DNA of 64,000 bases, taken from contig NW_027270917.1 of NCBI RefSeq assembly GCF_040938485.1, positions 4,650,001 to 4,714,000 of the forward strand. Reading direction: 5' to 3'. The notes below the pieces were generated by a model that saw only the letters and a list, made by a program, of their open reading frames with translations, was not told the origin of the DNA and did not search any database. The DNA comes from Diadema antillarum (taxonomy: Eukaryota). Numbering within the stretch: position 1 is the first letter of the stretch; each line of letters begins with the position of its first letter. A program made the position numbers and the translations under genes. Positions 61,618 through 64,000 of this stretch are shown here, piece by piece.

Positions 61618-63609
61618 GTGTGGAAATTGAAATTGCAAACGAGTTTTTCGTGTTTATTTTTTTAACACGATAGTTATTTCTGGTTGTCAAATTATCGACA
61701 ACACGACTGCAATAACCTTATTCATTGCATCTTTCTGTACACCTCACCGTCACCTTTTGCTTGGCAAGCTGCAATAATCTGTCTCCAGAACATCCCAACA
61801 CTTATTATGGAACATTGAATGATGATGCGCAAGAACAAAGAATGAAACTCCAACAGATATTTCATCGGTATAATTACCTGTTCCGCCTTGAAGTATAAAC
61901 AATATGGTGTAACAAGTGGCTATAAAATTAGAAAATATAACTGATGTTAGTTTGTAGCTGTTCTTATTTCACACTTATGGTCATAAGGGGGGGGGGGGTA
62001 GCCCACCTCACTGGTGAGAAAGACTGGTGGGTCGAGAATCATTATTCCACTAACAATATGCGTTAATTGCTTGTGCGTTTTCGTCCGAAATTGAGCGATG
62101 AGTAGAAAATGACAGTAAAACAGGTGTCCGCTCGCCACCTACGCAGCTACTACAGTTTATTCAACAGTTTTATTGTACCATGTACGTTACTACCTGGACC
62201 CAGCATGGAGCTACCATCTTCATCGTGGATCCGGACTATTCGGGGATGACAGTATACAGTGTATACTGTTTGAAATCGAACGCATCAAGCACCTGTGATG
62301 TAAATGCTCGATGTCAACCGCTGGCACTGAATATAGCCGGTATGTCAAGCACTGATAACTGACAGGAGAATGCATCAATTTGGAGAGTGCATTGTGAATA
62401 TTGTAAATAATTAATGGTGCTCTACTGACAACATGATTCTTGGCAAACGCTGTAGTCAATAAGATCACTGCAAGGAAGAGGATTAAAGCTTCTGAGAGGT
62501 ATGGTGTATATTCATCACGTTCAGAGGACGAAAGAAAGATGAACCATGGAGCTACTATGTAGCTCCATGGATGAACTAAATATGCTCATAGTCGTATGAA
62601 CACAAAACGCAAGACAGTAAGCAAATAATCAACGTTGGTGAAGGTGATTGGACAAACTATCACTTCCGAGGCGATCTGGATGTAGATCGTCGAGGAAGTG
62701 GTAGTTTGTCCCATCACCTTCACCAACATTGATTATTTGCTTATTATATATTCCACATACTATAGGACTTCGCTTTCGAGAAATCCATTACTCAAACACG
62801 AGAAGATTTGAAGAAGCAGCACTACAGCTGTCATTGTTCATGATCCATCTTTGTTTACCATCTTGGCGCAAAACAACAGAAATACTTCAAACTAGCGAAA
62901 TGGACTGATCAAGCCAACTTTTTTTTCTCTTTTAAAACACTTCCCGGCAAACAGATGCATGTTTCACTTTAAAGTTTCTTTTTTTTTCTGGGCAGAGGAA
63001 ATGTATCAAATAGACAAGGGAGACGGGACCTCCCTCAGATACACCCACAGGAGTGTTTTTACAATCCAAAATGGGCATAGGTTGATCGTGATGCAATTTA
63101 TGAAACTGAACGTTCAGTCCACTTTATAATCAAAATTGCTTCGGTCGTGAACGTTATTTGTGGCATGAGGCTACGTACATTTACTGCTGAGAAATGATAT
63201 AGGTGAAATTCCATTCACTTACCTGGTGTTCATAGATCCTCTCGAGTCCTTTTCCGGAGAGATACGTTCCCAAGGTTCCGAGAAAAGGCCATCCTTTAGG
63301 TCCAGGTATATCCTCGAAAGATTTTGCATGGTCCGTCTGTCCAATCCTCGAATGGGCAATTTCAGAATGGTTGCTAATGGGACAGGTTCCAGTGGAAACG
63401 TCCCTGTGATCCAGTGGACAACCTTCAGTTCGTACAGGTTGGGGCTGGACCAGTGAGGAACCAGGCCCTGTGGTTCTCGATGTCTCAGTGGCCGAGGCAG
63501 CTGGGAGCGGGTACGAGGAAGCGTAGACATCGTGTGTCGTCTGCGGTTTCATACCTCTCGACGCGCCCGATCGCGCCCGGGAGAGAAATCGCGATAGCCG
63601 TGTAGCCAT
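2786..63609 (-). CDS. CYP27-like: Mitochondrial-clan cytochrome P450, CYP27-like (sterol/vitamin D/retinoid hydroxylase family); 9 coding exons, 572 aa
   Basis: Manually spliced exons 63609-63223, 26934-26744, 26014-25815, 23662-23459, 18632-18466, 6014-5842, 5173-5095, 4318-4112 and 2896-2786 sum to 1719 bp in an open frame. All introns are GT..AG with matching phases (0,2,1,1,0,2,0,0). Motifs: IPGP, WHRAR, LLAGVDTTSNT, LKGIIKETLR (two basic residues typical of adrenodoxin-dependent P450s), LYPVVPANNR (closer to CYP27 YPVVPxNxR than to CYP24), FRPDRW, FGFGPRMCIG. The exact subfamily (27A/B/C or an invertebrate-specific family) cannot be fixed without a phylogeny. Confidence 0.95.
3513..3572. 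repeat. Compound (AT)n(AG)n microsatellite
   Basis: Direct reading. Confidence 0.95.
4112..4318 (-). CDS. P450 exon 8 (207 bp), meander and heme-binding loop
   Basis: TMIGSLQYVMSHDPELFPDPDAFRPDRWLRAEGVGEGVSSFSSLPFGFGPRMCIGRRIAEMEMHLALAR. The heme Cys codon is at 4162-4160. Acceptor TCTTTCAG|, donor CGG|GTAAGG. Confidence 0.97.
5095..5173 (-). CDS. P450 exon 7 (79 bp)
   Basis: (R)LYPVVPANNRVLDKDVEIGGYHIPKG. Acceptor ATCCGCAG|, donor GGA|GTAAGT. Too short for the ORF track. Confidence 0.93.
5842..6014 (-). CDS. P450 exon 6 (173 bp), I/J/K helices
   Basis: TSNTLAWTLYELSRHPDTQERLFAEIEGALALSGRDIPEHDDLPNMPYLKGIIKETL(R). Acceptor TTACCACAG|, donor AG|GTCAGT. Confidence 0.96.
6061..6098. repeat. 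(CAT)n microsatellite just upstream of the exon 6 acceptor
   Basis: Direct reading. Confidence 0.9.
6599..7417. mobile_element. Older, diverged member of the same hAT-like MITE family
   Basis: Ends CGGAGCTCGATATTAGCGGTGGCCC and GTAAGTGTCGAGCCTTG. TGTAGCCA occurs at 6591-6598 and 7420-7427 (8-bp TSD with 2 extra nt on the right). Confidence 0.65.
9009..9096. repeat. (AAT)n microsatellite
   Basis: Direct reading; source of the poly-Tyr ORF. Confidence 0.95.
10378..11000. mobile_element. Diverged MITE, possibly Harbinger-type (~620 bp)
   Basis: ~40-bp imperfect TIR: GCCCCCGTCCACAGCACTCCACGTCTAAATCACG versus the reverse complement of the right end, ACCCCGGTCACACAGCGCTTTACGGCTTAATCACG. CpG-rich CACG/CGTG body; flanks TTA/TTT. 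Confidence 0.55.
11811..12087. mobile_element. Kolobok-type MITE family 2, internally deleted copy (~277 bp)
   Basis: TTAA|AAGGACAAGTTCAC ... GTGAACTTGTCCTC|TAA; both ends are homologous to 37157-37691 and the centre is missing. Confidence 0.75.
14998..15417. mobile_element. Kolobok-type MITE family 1, third copy
   Basis: TTAA|AGGGGATGGCATAG ... CTATAACACCCCT; body colinear with the other two; right TTAA decayed. Confidence 0.7.
15852..15980. mobile_element. Small AGGGGCGGATCCAG-type MITE
   Basis: AGGGGCGAATCCAGG ... CCTGGATCCGCCACTG inverted ends. Confidence 0.55.
16322..16810. mobile_element. Putative MITE bounded by imperfect inverted repeats that each contain TTCAAGTTAACTTGAA
   Basis: Palindrome at 16326-16341 and 16791-16806; flanking bases extend the inverted match to roughly 50 bp. 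No TSD seen. Confidence 0.45.
18466..18632 (-). CDS. P450 exon 5 (167 bp), I-helix
   Basis: (A)RKCVDKRLTELASMASKGETVEDSGILTHLLASQKLSMKEVYSNACELLLAGVDT. Acceptor TTTTTTGGCAG|, donor ACG|GTGAGT. Confidence 0.95.
23459..23662 (-). CDS. P450 exon 4 (204 bp)
   Basis: (S)IFKLLLETRIGCLEEPIPAESQRFINAVGEMFASGQIMFVTSPEWFRKWNLKPWRDHEAAWDYMFNF. Acceptor CACCCCAG|, donor G|GTAAAG. Confidence 0.95.
23786..25225 (-). mobile_element. Non-autonomous Helentron-type element (HINE/DINE-1/pearl-like), copy A, in intron 3
   Basis: Reading the minus strand: T-run, hairpin TAGCTCACCTGAGCC-AAA-GGCTCAAGTGAGCTA, (CGTC/CGT)n microsatellite, then ~325-bp tandem units (anchors at 24031, 24353, 24682, 25006). The end has subterminal IR CTCAGGTGAGCGCT, palindrome AGACCCGCGGGTCT and CTTGTTTT. 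It sits in an A/T run with no TSD. Confidence 0.85.
25815..26014 (-). CDS. P450 exon 3 (200 bp)
   Basis: (H)EGKEWHRARRTISRKIMPPKEVAKFSGLINEIVTDMVTRLRFVRDTKGEDGVVPDLQNEMYKWSME, containing WxxxR. Acceptor TTTTCTGTAG|, donor T|GTAAGT. Confidence 0.95.
26392..26455. repeat. 30-bp tandem duplication in intron 2
   Basis: AGATGATAATAAACA(A/C)CGCTTGGAGATGCG x2 plus AGAT; one mismatch. Confidence 0.9.
26744..26934 (-). CDS. P450 exon 2 (191 bp)
   Basis: IEFTKTYGPIWKERLGSLEFVNLANPELVESLYRNDNKYPRRLDMKPWKVYRAHRDESLGVLT. Acceptor TCATCTAG|, donor CA|GTATGT. Not present in the supplied ORF track in this frame. Confidence 0.93.
27296..27339. repeat. (GAT)n microsatellite
   Basis: Direct reading. Confidence 0.9.
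27735..27761. repeat. CCWWGG-type micro-palindrome without flanking duplication
   Basis: CCAAGGAGGTAT GCG ATACCTCCTTGC; 11-bp perfect stem; flanks GCTAA/ACTCC do not match. Confidence 0.7.
29683..30660 (+). mobile_element. piggyBac-like non-autonomous fragment (one end only)
   Basis: TTAA|CCCTATAAAGCCC-G-run-CACATTGTGCCCCC start; four GTAACGCGAGTTAC repeats downstream. No matching right end found, so the right boundary is a guess. Confidence 0.35.
30986..31134 (+). mobile_element. tRNA-headed SINE-like unit 1
   Basis: GGTGGTCTACTGA (A-box-like) and GGTTCGAATCC (B box, 31032-31042), then a ~90-bp tail; directly repeated at 31256-31409. Confidence 0.6.
31256..31409 (+). mobile_element. tRNA-headed SINE-like unit 2
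   Basis: GTGGTCTAGTGG (A box) and decayed B box AGTTTGAATAC; colinear with unit 1. Confidence 0.6.
32290..32475 (-). mobile_element. tRNA-derived SINE
   Basis: Minus-strand head with A box TGGCTCAGTCGG and B box GAGTTCGATTCC, followed by a non-tRNA body. Confidence 0.6.
33540..33562. repeat. CCWWGG-capped micro-palindrome
   Basis: TAAGA[CCATGGACC CGGTA GGTCCATGG]TAAGA. Confidence 0.85.
35425..35885. mobile_element. hAT-like MITE, 461 bp
   Basis: Perfect 17-bp TIR CAGGGCTCGACACTAAC / GTTAGTGTCGAGCCCTG; flanking direct repeat CCTAATC (7 bp); internal GGTGGCCC/GGGCCACC repeats. Confidence 0.85.
36201..36238. repeat. (ATC)n microsatellite
   Basis: Direct reading. Confidence 0.9.
37157..37691. 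mobile_element. TTAA-flanked Kolobok-type MITE, family 2 (535 bp)
   Basis: TTAA|AGGACAAGTT ... AACTTGTCCT|TTAA. Confidence 0.85.
38340..38356. repeat. CCWWGG-capped micro-palindrome
   Basis: TTAAA[CCAAGGAAGCTCCTTGC]TTAAA. Confidence 0.75.
38828..39326. mobile_element. Second, inverted copy of the 46531-47084 MITE, lacking recognisable TIRs
   Basis: Near-colinear reverse complement of ~46549-47053. Confidence 0.8.
40119..40421. mobile_element. MITE-like element made of TTCGGAATAACGAAC repeats
   Basis: 14-bp IR GTTCGTTATTCCGA (40126) / TCGGAATAACGAAC (40401-40414) with many internal variants. Confidence 0.55.
40718..41070 (-). mobile_element. 5'-truncated CR1/L2-clade LINE (ORF2 C-terminus)
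   Basis: ...FRWYPLHTRRLLAQSTMFFKI...HSLKL...DSYKFSFYPRAIRIWNCLP...TLAAF matches the LxW..L..RR / SFFPRTIxxWNxLP C-terminal signature. A possible (TCAAGAC)n tail lies near 40560-40578. Confidence 0.8.
41690..41850 (-). mobile_element. Probable decayed SINE
   Basis: Minus-strand B-box-like GAGTTCAATTCC and a GGGTACCTGGGCAGTG block; no clear A box. Confidence 0.35.
43472..44927 (-). mobile_element. Non-autonomous Helentron-type element, copy B, in intron 1
   Basis: Same ends, microsatellite and four unit anchors (43718, 44046, 44380, 44703) as copy A; near-identical sequence. Confidence 0.85.
45001..45535. mobile_element. CACTA/EnSpm-like non-autonomous element (~535 bp)
   Basis: Starts TA|CACTGTAAAAA and ends TTTTTGCACAGTA (decayed). 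Interior packed with GGTGTT/AACACC subterminal motifs in both orientations. Confidence 0.65.
46531..47084. mobile_element. PIF/Harbinger (Tourist-like) MITE, 554 bp
   Basis: Perfect 16-bp TIR AGGGCTTTTTACACTT / AAGTGTAAAAAGCCCT with TAA/TAA duplication (46528-46530, 47085-47087). The interior is rich in TTAGCCCC/GGGGCTAAG and GTACGGGACTA motifs. Confidence 0.85.
47717..47978. mobile_element. Partial copy of the GTTCGTTATTCCGAA-repeat element
   Basis: Same motif array; shares TTAGT(A/G)CGCACC with ~40147-40158. Confidence 0.5.
48362..48383. repeat. CCWWGG-capped micro-palindrome
   Basis: TTTTA[CCAAGGAAGTATACCTCCTTGG]CTTTA. Confidence 0.75.
48469..48867. mobile_element. Kolobok-type MITE family 1, second copy
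   Basis: TTAC|AGGGATAGTATAG ... CATCCCT|TTAA; body colinear with 51519-51879. Confidence 0.75.
50098..50134. repeat. CCWWGG-capped micro-palindrome
   Basis: TTTAT[CCATGGAGGTAGAAA TATCTCT TTTCTACCTCCATGG]TTTAT; 15-bp perfect stem. Confidence 0.9.
50487..50620 (-). mobile_element. tRNA-derived SINE (short)
   Basis: A box TGGCGTAGTGG, B box GAGTTCGAAACC, CORE-like GTCCTTGGACAAG, A-run tail (T-run 50487-50499 on +). Confidence 0.6.
51519..51879. mobile_element. TTAA-flanked Kolobok-type MITE, family 1 (361 bp)
   Basis: TTAA|AGGGATAGTATA ... TATACTATCCCT|TTAA; largely palindromic body. Confidence 0.85.
52079..52230. mobile_element. Short MITE (152 bp)
   Basis: 13-bp perfect TIR CAGGGTCCCGTTT / AAACGGGACCCTG; same body as 2147-2301. 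Superfamily not assigned. Confidence 0.75.
53566..54099. mobile_element. Kolobok-type MITE related to family 2 (534 bp)
   Basis: TTAA|AGGAAACCCAAACCCAAAGAG ... CTCTTTGGGTTTTGTTCCCT|TTAA; the body shares GGATTGAGTGAA, GTTTGAGGAAAAT and GAAAGAGGCAAG blocks with 37157-37691. Confidence 0.8.
55413..55508. repeat. Imperfect (CAT)n microsatellite
   Basis: Direct reading; source of the poly-His ORF. Confidence 0.9.
55633..59845 (-). mobile_element. Academ-type DNA transposon (4213 bp), defective
   Basis: Termini TAGTACGGTCTGCTATGT... and ...ACATAGTAGCCTCTACTA (14/18 inverted match), flanked by a TAT/TAT 3-bp duplication (55630-55632, 59846-59848). Long imperfect inverted arms are built of ~170-bp units containing GGCCGCCATCTTGAAATTCAAAATGG. 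A transposase relic lies inside on the minus strand. Confidence 0.8.
57300..58760 (-). pseudogene. Decayed Academ-type transposase
   Basis: Manual minus-strand translation across stops and frameshifts gives IPFTSLFVDHKIKQLIRELIIAGCISGITQNE*GMPMSRFFLIA (ITQNE at 58575-58561), HNEEADILIPLH (from 57782), IDTDIFIL (DTDIFIL at 57684-57664) and GLLGHAFHGTG*S*KFEDVSKSRWIKNSLSL (57532-~57440). These resemble, in the expected order, the D-x-x-x-EQ/GITQN, HEEADT..LH, DTD and GxxHAFTGxD...KxxW blocks I recall from Academ transposases. Boundaries are approximate. Confidence 0.75.
61586..61616. repeat. Poly-G tract (31 nt)
   Basis: Direct reading. Confidence 0.95.
62544..62570. repeat. CCWWGG-capped micro-palindrome
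   Basis: ATGAA[CCATGGAGCTAC TAT GTAGCTCCATGG]ATGAA; 12-bp perfect stem. Confidence 0.9.
62618..62743. repeat. 126-bp near-perfect palindrome
   Basis: 50-bp arms with 3 mismatches plus an inner CGATCT/AGATCG stem and a 6-nt loop; begins and ends with TA. Confidence 0.9.
63223..63609 (-). CDS. P450 exon 1 (387 bp, aa 1-129)
   Basis: MATRLSRFLSRARSGASRGMK... is an Arg/Ser-rich leader with no acidic residues; the exon ends ...SFEDIPGPKGWPFLGTLGTYLSGKGLERIYEHQ. Donor CAG|GTAAGT at 63223/63222. Confidence 0.9.
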
Positions 63610-63789
63610 GTCTCCGTAAGACTGAACTTCAGTCGCTTACCGGTAAATCTAACCACACAGTCAGGAGAAGTTCAGGCCAGCTCTCTTTGTGCCACTAAAA
63701 TAACAAGCTTAGCTACTGCTTAGGGTTATTATTTTCTTTCCCTTTCGGAGAGCTGTACACACACGAGACTGCCTATTACGGCTGACAGC

Positions 63790-63875
63790 TAGCGAAGCGG
63801 AAGTAGGTAGCGCGGAGCTGATTAGGAGCAATCCAATCGAAGAGCCAATTACGCAAGGCAAAGGATGGATTGTTT
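63790..63875. promoter_or_regulatory. Candidate proximal promoter of the P450
   Basis: CpG-rich stretch 180-270 bp upstream of the ATG with an ETS-like CGGAAGT (63798-63804) and two CCAAT (63833-63837, 63845-63849). These are motif matches only. Confidence 0.3.
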
Positions 63876-64000
63876 CCGCTCGCCACCAAATCCGCGCTTG
63901 CTGCTGCTTTCAACACAGGCTGGAGCAAGAAAAGCGCTCTCACCCCTTCCATGTAAGCGCACCCCACTCGCTCGAAAACGACCCAACAAAGTTTTTTACA

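Overview
Eukaryotic, AT-rich genomic DNA; the repeat content suggests a marine invertebrate, possibly an echinoderm (inference only). Almost the whole window is one minus-strand gene: a complete 9-exon mitochondrial-clan cytochrome P450, CYP27-like, with CDS spanning 63609->2786. All 8 introns are GT-AG and in frame. The 1719-bp CDS encodes 572 aa with an N-terminal targeting peptide, PGP, WxxxR, AGVDTT, ETLR, PDRW and FGFGPRMCIG (heme Cys520). The introns total 59,105 bp (intron 1 alone is 36,288 bp) and are full of transposon debris. This includes a 4.2-kb Academ-type DNA transposon with a decayed transposase, two ~1.44-kb Helentron-type (HINE/DINE-1-like) elements, TTAA Kolobok-type MITEs, hAT, Harbinger and CACTA-like MITEs, tRNA-derived SINEs, a CR1/L2 LINE 3' end and many microsatellites. 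The most unusual observations are (1) a family of 17-37-bp palindromic inserts capped by CCWWGG and usually flanked by 5-bp direct repeats, and (2) tandem Cys-Pro heme-regulatory-like motifs in the long N-terminal extension of the P450. No CRISPR, rRNA or intact tRNA genes were found. Everything was read by eye and no database search was run.
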